Position numbers and translations under genes: made by a program
Origin: Catajapyx aquilonaris
Lineage: Eukaryota
Assembly: GCA_000934665.2 (NCBI GenBank)
Contig: JYFJ02004286.1
Coordinates: 1 to 33,315 of the forward strand
Length of the DNA stretch: 33,315 bases
Direction: 5' to 3'
Notes under the pieces: model-generated
Seen by the model: only the letters and a program-made list of their open reading frames with translations
What the model was told of the DNA's origin: nothing
Databases searched by the model: none
Part shown: piece by piece, positions 1 to 11,613 of the stretch
Numbering within the stretch: the stretch's first letter is position 1
How the letters are laid out: each line of letters begins with the position of its first letter

Positions 1-257
1 AGTCAGAAGGAGCGATTAGGCAAAAATCGCTAAAGAGTGTATCTCAGTAATGAGGCTGCCCAGACATAATGACTCCTATACTTAAATCGATCCTCTGATG
101 GTGGCTAGGAAGGCAGTCATATACGAGTTCAGATACACCCTGTATAATAAAATAAAATAATGGCGACTAGACATACAGTTTTGGCGACCATGCTATACAT
201 ATCAGGTGCCACTGGCGACCTGCCTATGTATCCCAATTTCGAACACTGACCCCAACA

Positions 258-286
258 TACCCGGGCAACGCCGGGTAACCTGCTAG
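258..286 (+). mobile_element. Helitron-type 3' terminus (hairpin + CTAG); the element body extends left for an unknown distance
   Basis: TACCCGG-gcaacg-CCGGGTA hairpin followed a few nt later by CTAG (283-286) and a T, the canonical Helitron 3' signature. The 5' TC end was not identified. Confidence 0.6.
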
Positions 287-2290
287 TGTACATATATATT
301 ATATCCATACTGTGCCAAGTGAATATGCAGTATGGATCATAACAAAATATCAAGTAATGTGTGAGACTCACCTTATCCTGACAGTTTGTGTCAGCATGCC
401 CACAGCACATTGCAAGAGCTGGCATATTGCACCCTGATTGCACCACATCGTGCACCACATTATTCAACTACCGCCAACTACTATCAAATGATTACAATAG
501 TAAGCCTTTCTCCATAGTATCATTGCGGAATCGATGTACAGTACTGTACCCTTGATCGCGCTGACTTGCTATCTTGCTTGCTATACCAGGGATTACTTAC
601 TTTATAAAATAAATCCCTGACTGTATTGTACCACTACATTTAGGCCTACCCGGATTTCAAATTTTGTTCTTGAAAATCCAAAATACATTATGGTGGACAG
701 TGTTAACGTATATACACACACTGTTTTCCGTCAAGTTTCCGTGGAGCAATATGCAATAATGAAGGGTCATCGTCTTCACTGGGCAAATATTTTGAATCAA
801 GAAATAATCCAGTATGAGGTCAGGGGATCATGCGGTGCACAAAAAAAAAAAGAAAAAAGAAAAAGAAAAGGTCATACAGGTATACAGGTAGGTGCTGGGT
901 AGGGGGCAGGTAGGGGGCCTATGTGGGAACAGCTTTGAGGTTCCGCCGCCAGGTGCGCTAGTCTCACAGTAAGTTTTCAAATCTGTCTCGATACCGGTCG
1001 ATACCATCGTACAGCCAAGTACAGCTTCAAGAGATTTGTGTTTTGTGCGTGGATTTGTGTGAGTGTGTATGCCGGGATGTCCTGTTTCTAAGGGGCTTTG
1101 GAAGTTAGATAAGTTGTTGTGGAATGTCTAAATAGTGTTGGTTTCAAAGAAAGTTAGGTAAAGAAAACTACTGTAAGCATAAATCCACATGTTCGCCTAA
1201 GCATTGCTTAAATCGTAGTAGATGATGTAACAAGAACCAGGTGTTGCGTAAGTCATGCCCCAAAAGGGCTTGCAATGCAACTGCCTTACACAAAAACTGA
1301 CAGTCATAACGATATAAAAGTGAAGTAGGATCCCAGCAAGTATATCACTTCTTTTCCATCGTATGGGACCAGATTCAAATCAATTTTGTATGCGTGAAAG
1401 TGACATTATTTAAAATCCTGATGTGGAAGAACACAAGTTAACCAAATGCTGGGATATACATTTTCAGGGAGAAAACCATGTGTGATAAAATGATGTGAGA
1501 TCACATTCATTTGATTGAATTTGATTGAGCCACTAAAACCGAATGTGTGAAAAATTTTATTCGTGGAGATGATTAAGTTACGTAAAAGCTTTCATTTCTT
1601 GATCAGTAGAGTCTCAAAATCTTACTTAAATGTGACTGACAGGTCAGGAAATTATGGCATAATGGCATAATAGGTATTATAAGCATATGATTTGAAAATG
1701 CACATGGTGCTCGGGGTACCTGCCACCCTGTCCGTCATCTGAGATGGGCGGGCGTGGGGGGTGGGACGGGTAGTTTATAGTTGTATAGTTTTATTTTGAC
1801 AAGTTTTTTTTTTAAATTTAGTTCATATGTGGAGTTAACTTGCGTCTCCCTTCATCGCTGACTACCCCTTATAGGGAAATGTCGTGATGGTGTTGCTGTT
1901 GTTGATTTGAAAAATTCTCTTTGATGAAATAACTAAGAATTTTAAATTAGTACTTTTGTGCAACATGTAGTTGTTGTGACAGTATTGCAGGTTTCATGAC
2001 TTTTCTGGAAAAAAACTCAATTGATATTAAATAAAACCTATATAAATTGGGTATACAAGGGAGAGAAACATTGAAATGGTTGTATTGCATGCATTAACAG
2101 GTTTTTAAACATTTGTGATTGTTAGTCTTAAAACATGGCTCTGTAGTCTAGGATAGATAGTTAGTCTTAACACATAAGCATCATCATCATCAATTACATG
2201 TAACCCTCGTATTGCAGCATTATTGGACACCACTATTTACATTCATCAGAAACAATTATTGGACTAAAACATTCCAATCAACTTCTCAAA

Positions 2291-4593
2291 ATGACACGTC
2301 GTGTGGTCCAGACAGTTACAAGCAACTGGCAGCCTGAGGGTGTTGGTGCTAAGGCTCGTCGTACCATTGGTACAGCTCAGCTGCGAAACCTGGACCCCTT
2401 CCTCATGCTGGACGAGTTTGTGGCCCGCCCACCTGCAGGATTTCCAGATCACCCTCACCGTGGCTTTGAGACTGTCACCTACATACTTGAAGGTGCTGTC
2501 AAACATGAAGACTTTGGAGGTCACAGTGGTGTGATTGGACCAGGGGACCTTCAATGGATGACTGCTGGGAGAGGGGTAATGCATTCAGAGATGCCAGCCA
2601 CTGACGGGAACAACCATGGCTTACAGCTTTGGGTTAACCTAAGCAAAAAGCAGAAGATGATCGATCCTGAATACCAAGAGCTCAGCCATGAGCAGATTCC
2701 GAGTAAAGAGGACAGCGGGGTTAAGGTTAAAGGTTAGCCACTTTCTTTACTCCTTATTGAATTTAATATTCTGCCAGGAATAAATAATTAACTTACATAA
2801 ATTTTATTGAGCAATTTTAAATGTTGCAACAAATAGTATAATCTGAAAGATCTACTACAGTGAAGCATCGATTATCCGAACAGAGTCTGCCAAGGGGGTG
2901 TTCGGATAACTGATTGTTCGGATAACCGATCATTTACGGAAAAAAATTGCACCGGTGTCATAGGAGCAATATGAAACTAAGAAACAGTGATATTAATCAC
3001 AAAACTGTATATTTTCTGTCACAGGCACGTCTTAAAAATACTGTACATATACCTTACTGTCCTTACATGAAGTAGTCCTACAGTTTAGGGGGGGAAAGGC
3101 CAACTTCTGTTGCTTGAGAGCTGAGGCTCGTTTTTTTGGCGGCTAATCTGCAGCGCCACAGCACTAGCGACCACTAGCGGAACTACATAATGTGTTTTTT
3201 TGCTGACTCGAAAACGTTCGGTTAACCGATGGTTAGGTTGATCGGTGTTCGGATAATCGATGCTCCACTGTAATTGAGTAAAAGGAAGGTGAACATAACA
3301 GGGTAGTTTCCCAAGAAGTGTTTATAGCAATGAAATGCATGAAGTAAGATTTATTTTCCCCAACACTAGACTATGTATTTGAAAATGTCCCCAACTGGGG
3401 TAGGAAAGTACATATTTTTATCATCTTGCAACACAATATCCAGAGATTTTTATACAGAGTGGAAAGCTCCCATTTACACAAAGTGGTATGGTCATAGAGC
3501 AAGTTGTGGGACCAGATTTCTGACTCCAGCTTGGTTAGCCCAATTATTCTGCTCTAGTTTGCTTAGTTCAGCTATTGTGCCCAATACAACCAGGCATGAG
3601 GTAATTCCACAGTTCTGGCAACTCAGGAGACTGTGCCTAGTGTTCAGAGTTTCAGTAAAGGGCTATTATAAGTAGGGTTTTGCAGCTATTCATGTGGTTC
3701 CCAGATCTGAACGATTCCCAGAGTCTTTGTTACTATAACACACAAGTGATCCTACCTGGAGCTCTAGAGCAGGAATTTCTCAAACATGTTGGCAACTCCC
3801 TTTTGTGGAAGGGTAAAAGATCTTGCAGTCCACTTTGTTGGCCATATGACCCCAGAAGCAAATTGTCATTAGCCAGTAAATTTCCAATAAATTATTCACT
3901 CTTTGATCAGTTTATACCCACAAGCAGATATTGCAGTTTCTCTGAGGGAGAGGAGGGGATGGGGGGGAAATAACATTTTGGAAGCTATCAGGGATATCAA
4001 TGTGTAAGTCAGTTACTATTGTGAGAGCCAGATGATAAGCCACCATACATTGATGAATCATTCTGTAGCAATGCTAATTGCCATAATTTTCTTGTAACAG
4101 TGATTGCTGGTGAGTCCATGGATATCAAATCACCTGTGAAGACCCGAACTCCAACATATTTTTTGGACTTCGCTCTGAAGCCACAAGCCAAGTTCAACCA
4201 ACCTGTCCCAGAGGGATGGACTGCATTTGCTTACATCCTCTCAGGAAGTGTCACCTTTGGTGAGCATTAATACCTTTTCTCTTTATAAGACCATGAAATA
4301 TGCAAATTTTTACAGGTGAAGGATCAGCGAAAAAACTACTGGATGCACACCAGCTGGGTGTATTCAGCACTGAAGAAACTGAGATTTTGTTTGAAAATGA
4401 AGGTCCTGACGAGTGTCGCTTTGTCCTACTGGCTGGCTTACCGATTGGAGAACCCATTGTACAGCATGGTCCCTTTGTGATGAGCACATGGAAAGAGATA
4501 GATGAAGCTGTTGAGGACTTCCAGAGGGCCAGGAATGGGTTTGAACGGGCCAAAGGATGGAAATCAGAATCTCTTAGAACTGCCGAGGCCTAG
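2291..4593 (+). CDS. PIR: Pirin (bicupin, Fe-binding), 292 aa; exons 2291-2732, 4101-4259, 4316-4593
   Basis: Motifs LDPFLMLDEF, GFPDHPHRGFETVTY, LQWMTAGRGVMHSEMP (His-His-His-Glu metal ligands), GLQLWVNL, TRTPTYFLDF, GEPIVQHGPFVM and GFERAKGWKS. Introns 2733-4100 and 4260-4315 are both GT-AG and phase 1. The joined CDS is 879 nt ending in TAG. Confidence 0.95.
2858..3270. mobile_element. Tigger/pogo-like (Tc1/mariner) MITE, copy 1, in pirin intron 1
   Basis: 25-bp TIR CAGTG(A/G)AGCATCGATTATCCGAACA (24/25 match), TA on both sides, internal GTTCGGATAAC subterminal repeats, no ORF. A second copy lies at 23187-23486. Confidence 0.9.
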
Positions 4594-5029
4594 AGATGAG
4601 ACATAATCAGTAAATTCCACATTACGTTAATATAAGGCACGGGGAGGTTAAGGGTTTTTATATATGAATATTAATGGTAAGTAAAATCTGCAATGTAACT
4701 CTGTGATATACTACTTAATGTATTATTACACATTTGTCACCAATCAATATCACCATAGAAAATGTGTGACTTAGAGTGGCCGTCCATAAACAAAAACATC
4801 ACACTTCGTTTTGTCTTTTAATTTACTTCCCCCCATGTTACCTCACCTCTCACAAGCATTTCCTTGCTCCTGATAATACTGCTGCACATTGTAACACACA
4901 TTGGGGTCAACTCAGTGTACTGTAACAGGGAGCTTTTCAGACACCCAATATATTTTCCTATGCGAGTAATTATTCCATTACTTAGGCATGAACAAATTTT
5001 ACCAGGCCATTTAAGATTATGAAAACCAT

Positions 5030-5368
5030 TGGGAAGGTCCTGTGGCCGAGATGGTAGCGTCTTGGCTTGCTGAGCGGAAGGACCCAGGTTCGATCCCTGC
5101 CTAGGAGCTCTCTTTCGCCTGCGTCAGGAGGGTCTCTGACCTGCACCTTGGAGGTGTCGGGCAACCTAACTTCCTGGGGAACAGCACATGACCCATTTAT
5201 CGGTATTACACTTGCACCCACGTTCCCTCCCCAAAAATCCCTATCCTTACCCAATTTCCCTGAAGTAAATGGAAAAATATCTGAGAAAAAATGGTGGTGT
5301 CCCACACCCCTAAGAGAGCCATAGGCTCTATCACAGGGTAAGCAAAAAGACAGACACACACACAAAAT
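5030..5368 (+). mobile_element. tRNA-derived SINE, family A, copy 1
   Basis: A box TGGCCGAGATGG (5043-5054), B box GGTTCGATCCC (5087-5097), A/CA-rich tail, 14-bp TSD ATTATGAAAACCAT (5016-5029 and 5369-5382). Homologous to 21517-21861. Confidence 0.92.
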
Positions 5369-5700
5369 ATTATGAAAACCATATTTAAATGTCTTGTGTT
5401 GGTAAGAAAATGAATAATAACAATTGGTTACCGCCTGATGTGCGTCGGAGTTAGGCACGGATGTCACGATTTGGTATTGCAAGGCAAAGAATTTCTTAAT
5501 GTATCTACAAAGAACTGACAACATATGGGCTCACTGGCTTTGAGGATGGTGCATTATGGCATAGCTGACTTACAATCATTATTTTATTGTCATTTGGGCT
5601 TCAGCATTTCAGACATGCATCACCTGAATGACACTCCAATTATTATTGGTTATAGAAGCTGGTGTTCACTGGTATCTGGTACCCTGGTTGAAGTAGAAGA

Positions 5701-5880
5701 GGGGAGCATGATGGCATAGTGGTTAATGCCACAGTTATCCACTTCTCAGGACCTGAGTTCAATTCCCAGGTTGGGAATAGGATTTTCTGGTGTGTGAATA
5801 TAGTTTTGAGGTTCTCTGTGGGTTACTGTGAGTTTTCTTGGGGTTCTTATAACATCCCATTGTACAATTTCCTTAGGACC
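5701..5880 (+). mobile_element. Degenerate tRNA-derived SINE, family C, copy 1
   Basis: A box TGGCATAGTGG (5712-5722), B box GAGTTCAATTCC (5755-5766), core GTTTTCTTGGGG shared with 22150-22330. Ends are approximate. Confidence 0.65.
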
Positions 5881-7915
5881 TGCAATTCCTCATGGCCTTA
5901 GTAGCCTTAGCTCCCCCCAATAAACCAAACCAAGTTACAGTGGACCATGAGACTAGGTTGCAACATCTTGGAGATAAACATTCCAGTTGTAGCCATTATG
6001 AAGACAACTGACTGGCTATCATGAACTTGGTATTGAACTCACTGAACTGCAGAGAGAGACAAAATGCAGAATTGTTACAAAGCACCAAGTGAGACTGTCC
6101 ATGTTGTATACTGCCAGAAAAGTTGCAATGCACAAATTCATGGTGAGCATACCAGCCAGGGATTTGCAAACAACTGAAGGTAGCAGAAAGTGTATAAGAA
6201 AGGACAATAATATTATTATTACGCTAGTCATTGACTTGTGGCTGGCAACTTTTCTGGTAGTAGAGGAAATGTAGAGCCCCATCTGGTGCTTTGTAACAAA
6301 TTCTGTGCCTTTGTCGAGGAGTTGTGTTCAATGTCAGGGCCGTGATAGCAAAGCAAGTTACTTTCACAGTGCAGTGGCCGCAACTGGAATGCTTTTTTCT
6401 CAGGATGTGACAGCCCAACTTTGCAGCTTTCCGAGCACACACTGTCAGTCAGTCAGAGTGGGCCATCCAAATGAGTGGGATTCATGGAAAGCGGTGGGTG
6501 GGAGCTGCTTTTAAATAAAATGGACAGTATGTATATTTGCCTTAAGGTCCATTTAACAAAGTATGCATTTACCTAGGTTCTCTAGGGGAAAACCCACCTG
6601 TGACTTGCCGTATTTTTCTCTTACGTGTATCAGAAGAACCTGGAGTTAAACTCATGCTTTCGCCCACAAGTCCTTTTTTATAGGAAAAGAGATAGCATAG
6701 GCAATGAAGGGCGACCAAATAGAGCCATGAGAAAGAAATCCTAGAAGGTGACATGACCTGTAGAATTAAGATGTTTTGGGGGGGAAATGTGTAATAATTT
6801 TTCCATAAGATACCAGTACTTGTAGGAAAATTCGAGTAAACATTATTTTTTTCGAGGCTCGACTTCATTAAAATAGCACATAGGTTAATGAGTTTTGCCT
6901 TGGGTGAGACCATTGGGGGGTTCGAGGGAACAGGCTGCATTAATTAAAAACTGTAATAACTTAGATCGAACATGTACACGTGATCCCCATCTCTCATATA
7001 GCCACCCACGCTCATCAGCTTTCGCCTCAAAATCCCCAGGCAATCCCCGAGACAAACATGACCTTCCAATCTTTATGTATAATCCCGCACACCCTTCTTT
7101 TATTCAAAACAGGGTACATGGGATATGGAGTATAGCTCAAATAATAGATTTACTTGGGAGACTCGCTTGAGTGAAATGAGAATTCCACATTTTATTTAGC
7201 GAAAGTAGGTTAGTACAAGTATATCTATGCTTTCAAGGAAATACATTATTTATGGTATATAGATTCAGCACATAGGAAAATAGCCAACGTACGAAGGGTG
7301 ACCTTACTTTTTCTCTCTAGACGGTACCACTTAACTCCAGGTACAGGTACTGTGACATCAATGAAGTGAAGTTCACTCATGGCAGTGCTTCCCAAGCTTC
7401 TGTCAACATAACCATAAATGCTACTCTTCATGTTCAGGAGCCCACCATTAGGCTGGTAGAACCAAGTAGAACATACTTCTCTGGCGTAATGCATGAGTAT
7501 ATCTGATGGTATTATACGAATTTAACCCCCCCCCCCCCCCTAAACAAACAAACAAAACCGGAGACATTTCTGCAGCCCTAAGGAACATACAATCATGTAC
7601 GGTACTCGTTTTGGTCACGACTCCGGACGCGATACTTCAGCATTACCTGTGGTATTAGAATGTTATTTTGGCACGTAAATGAGTTTAAATTGCTTTTGGT
7701 TACACATTAAACTATTCCCCCACTGTCTCAGGACAGAAGTTTGTATTTGATGATGTCACAAGCGAACAACCTTTGAGAGCAATGACAATGACATTATTTG
7801 ACAACATTGCAAGGCAAAAGAGATTGGCACTGGCAAAACATTGAGGCACAACCAAAACACAGTTACATAGTATTCCTTCGCCTTCTTTGTTGGAAGAGAA
7901 GATATTCATATTTGA

Positions 7916-10515
7916 TTATTCATCTGGTATGCCTTCCCAAATGTCGTCTCCTTTTCTGATGAGCTTAGAGTCGCCGGTGGAATACAAATCAAAGTAGGCG
8001 CCAAACAGGGGCGCCTCTCCGACCAGACGACGAATTATGGGACTGGTCGTCCTACGATAACTGCAATAAATCATAATTAACCACCTTTTTGATGGTACCC
8101 AGGCAGATAATAAAACTACGTGAGTACCTCTTCAGGGTCTTTAAAGGCTCCAAATTGGGGTCTCTTATGCCCGTGTCAGGATCCACCGTTGTTGTCAAGC
8201 ACCTGAAAAGCCCCAATTACTCGGATAATGAATATGGTATTTTGTATTTGTGGTTTGTCTCTACCTTCCGCAGGGCATGATGGACTTAAAGACGACATCA
8301 CCAATCCGGATCCATTTCCACTCAGATTCGACATACGGCTTGTCGGTCTTGATCACGATGTTGGGACGGAAATTGCGTGACGTGACATGCTTCTGCTTCT
8401 CCTCCAGTCTCTTGTTCAAGTCCTGAATCGATTCTTCAGAAAGCAACATGTACGGAGCATCCCCTGGAAGCGGCTCCTGCACCAAGAACAGCGTTAGTCT
8501 GAACCCGCAACAAAGAGCTTCCCGTGCTTATGAGCACGGGAAGCTCGTTGTCACCGTATACCGTGTAGGACTCCGTGTGAGCTTGTCGGAACAGGGTGCG
8601 CATGAAGCTTTTGTCGCCCAGATGGTACAGAAGCTTCAGTTCTCGCGTGTTGTCCATCAAATATTTGGACAGCCAGTCTCCAACTCTGAGGCCGCAATCA
8701 ATGGCCGTTGTCTCTTCGTCTCTCCATTCCCTGACACAAAATGGAACATTGTGACCAGCTAATCAGTGGAAGTGCTATTATTTTAATACAGGCAAGCACA
8801 ATGCTGCCTAATGCAGTCAACTGACCCGCCGTACCCAATTGACGTGAAACTCACTTGACTGTGACGATCCTGTTGGCATCCACCTCTTTGTATGATTTGG
8901 GAAGTTTCAGCTTGAAGGTGGGCATTTCGGGGGCATCCAGCCAGAGTTCATTCTCGTGACATGAAGGAGTCACGTTGATCATTTTGGGATAGCCTCGAAG
9001 GCTCAGGAGCTCTAAGGTCTTTGTCTCTGCGACGGCGAACACCCTGAAATATTTTTAAGCGATATGAAAAAATGGGTCATAATACTGATTTAAAAACATA
9101 ATTGAAATGAAATGTCTCGAAATCAGTCAGTTTCGGGCCTCTATCCGGCGTATCCTGCCGGATAGATAAACCGTAGGCCTATACATGAATGGCATCCGGA
9201 TCACCTAACACGCAGGATATATCATTCAAGTGTTTCCGTCACTATTGGACCGTAATTGCTGGCCCACGTCAGGATTAAAGATTATCATGGTATACAGTAT
9301 ACCGCGGGTATTGTACCTGCCGAGTAATTCTATTAACTCGCACTCCTGGAAAGTTGTCAAAATGGACTTCACTTCGACTTCTAAATACTTGAATTAGCCA
9401 TTATCTCGTCCAAGTGTTAGCCTGCAATTAGCGGGTCTCTCCCGTAATCCTCCTTAAGCCCTGCACTCCCGCTAATGGTGGGACGATAAAACGGTCATTG
9501 ACTTATGATGAGAGTTTTTTCTTTCCTAACCCCGATAAGTTTAGACACCTACAGTATTTATAAGGAACTGGAATTTATTTTCTTACTATAAAACCGTCAC
9601 ATTAGCTGTCATCCTGTGAAATACCGTACATGACAAATATACGCTCGAGTATCCGTATCTACAGAATACTCAATTTCTCCATATATGTCATTCATATATG
9701 AATATACGGAGGCACCAGATAGACGAATAAAATGTCCGGTATAATAATCCTGTCGGGAGGTGCGTTTAAAGGTCCGTCCCAATGCTTATCGATGAAATGA
9801 AATTGCATTATTATGGAGAGTGCAAGTGATTTAATAATGGGTTCCCACAACAAAATTAATGTGATTGGATTAAGCCAACTGGAGTAATTACATTTCCTAC
9901 CGATATTGACCCTGTCGGCGGCCGCTCTCTCTCTCTCTCTCCTGACGATGTTAACTTGAGCCACCGAATTATTGACGTGTCACGTCAAACATTAATTCAT
10001 ACCGTCGCTGAGCTCTCCAAAGATTGACCCCATTCACACACATCCTTCACACCTATTGAAATGTCACCTAGGAATTATCCATATTTGAAATTCATAAGTG
10101 GTGCATAAATATAGTCTCCACGTTACTGTGTGTACTATTCCTCAACTCTACAATGTCCTTGCACAGTATATTCCGGCTGTGGAAGGTTACGTGCCGCTTT
10201 AGCTAAGACAATAAATACCTTGAGCAGGCTATAAGCGGCTGAGCAAATGGTTAGTATCAGTCAAGCGGCTTGTTTGCATCCATACCTGTCGCGATACGTT
10301 CCGTTGACGACTCCCGTGGGGGTACATTCCATTCGGTCCATCTCTACCCCTTTGAATGATTTGACGGGGTAAACCACCAGGGAAGTCACTTTGCCCACTT
10401 TTCTCCATCTTTTGGGAGGAACTGGCCGATCTCGCTTCTTCCGAATCAACAACACGGCCACAGTCAGAACCAAGGCTGTGCCCAACCCAACACATAGCCA
10501 AATACCTCTCGGCAT
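7916..10515 (-). CDS. MARC: Mitochondrial amidoxime-reducing component (mARC, MOSC-domain molybdoenzyme), about 339 aa; exons 10515-10286, 9043-8855, 8730-8562, 8476-8265, 8202-8128, 8060-7916
   Basis: N-terminal TM anchor followed by a basic stretch, VYPVKS, RDRVF, YPKM, IDCG, APYMLLSEESIQDLN, FRPNIVI, Moco-binding PCGRC-TTVDPDTG, EPLKTL-YR and PLFG. All introns are GT-AG and phase-compatible. The exon 3 donor is ambiguous (8561 vs 8537). A 3' splice site at 10517-10518 implies an upstream exon, probably UTR. Confidence 0.92.
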
Positions 10516-11528
10516 TCTGAAACATAACACATAGTCAACTTTCAAATATAGCCGGTCACTAAAATAATTTTTGTATCAATTTTAAAAAAAATGGAGAGTG
10601 TGCAAGATATTTATCGCTTACTTAAATAATGAATGCTTATATCAGCATAGAGTGGGCACCTGTTGCACCAGTCAAACTCTATGACAAAAGAAACCCGCTC
10701 TCCGTGTTGGAGTTTATGAATGGAATGCGAGAAAGCAGGCCTTACCCGTCATTAGAGTCGAATGTTGATGCGTGTCAAGTACCTGCTGACTTTGACGCAA
10801 ATGACAAGACTTAGCTAGGGAGGAGCTACAGTTGATAGGCTCCGTCTGGGTTCGATAAATTCCGGCTGAGTCTGCGCGGTATATACCCGCCACCACTACA
10901 GTATTGCATAACTATAGCATCTAATTTCGGCGCGGGATAAACCGCTCCAAAATTACACAAAGGGATATAAAAAATAATTGTTGCACGTGTCGTTACTCCA
11001 AGCCAATATGATAATTGAGGTGGAAACTACATTCCGCTCAGAATATTTTGTTTGATCTGGTTTTAATTCATAATCTGCTTTGTATTGTGATGATCATGTT
11101 CTGCCAATGATAATAGACACATTACTCGTCCCTGTAGGCTATTACTACACCTACGCACTCTCTGAACAACCCTATACTCATGCCCCGGATATTCGCAACT
11201 TGAGAGCTTTCCCTTCTCGTATCTGCTTAGGATTCAATTCTTGTTTCCAGGTAACCGTTTCCATCGCAACCTGATTAAAAATCCATTTCCGCACGTGCCT
11301 CCGGACTATACACACACTCCCTATAGACGCGGATATTGCGCCCGGCTTTATCAAACAACATAAATAAGTCGATTAGACTGCCCTTCGGATCACCCGTATC
11401 AAACGAATTACTTACGAATGTCACTCTGTGAAGTCATGAGTATGAAGTCTCGTCGAGTGGAAATGATGCCTTTCTGTCTCAGAACAAATGAAACTCCGTA
11501 TATTGCGATTTTAAAATCTCTTTTTCCC

Positions 11529-11534
11529 TTTATT
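11529..11534 (-). promoter_or_regulatory. Probable THEM6 polyadenylation signal AATAAA
   Basis: AATAAA on the minus strand about 80 nt after the THEM6 stop codon. Confidence 0.55.
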
Positions 11535-11613
11535 AAAACGACTGTAACCTGTCCTTTTTTTTAAAAAAAAAAATGACGTCACACATATTCCCACCACCTA
11601 TAATGTCCCGTGT

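Noticed and set aside
940..1160. Possible pirin promoter and 5' UTR exon (CTCF-like CGCCAGGTGCGC, DRE-like TCGATAC twice, donors near 969 and 1158)
   Set aside because: The motifs are imperfect and cannot be placed without transcript data.
3373..3973. ORFs of 100 and 97 aa in pirin intron 1 with a faint PDLN motif
   Set aside because: No recognisable domain; the resemblance to a transposase motif is too weak to call.
5032..5105. tRNA-like A/B boxes here and at 28805-28880
   Set aside because: There is no proper acceptor stem, and each continues into a SINE body with tail and TSD, so they are not tRNA genes.
4982..5524. 180-aa ORF and its look-alikes at 21527-21944
   Set aside because: These are chance frames across SINE A copies; the shared peptide reflects the repeat.
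5520..5700. Possible Tc1 transposase N-terminal remnant (LTGFEDG..GFSISD)
   Set aside because: Too degenerate, and no TIR was found.
7000..7030. CTGATGA next to CGAAA on the minus strand, suggesting a hammerhead ribozyme
   Set aside because: The motifs are in the wrong order and no stem II follows CTGATGA.
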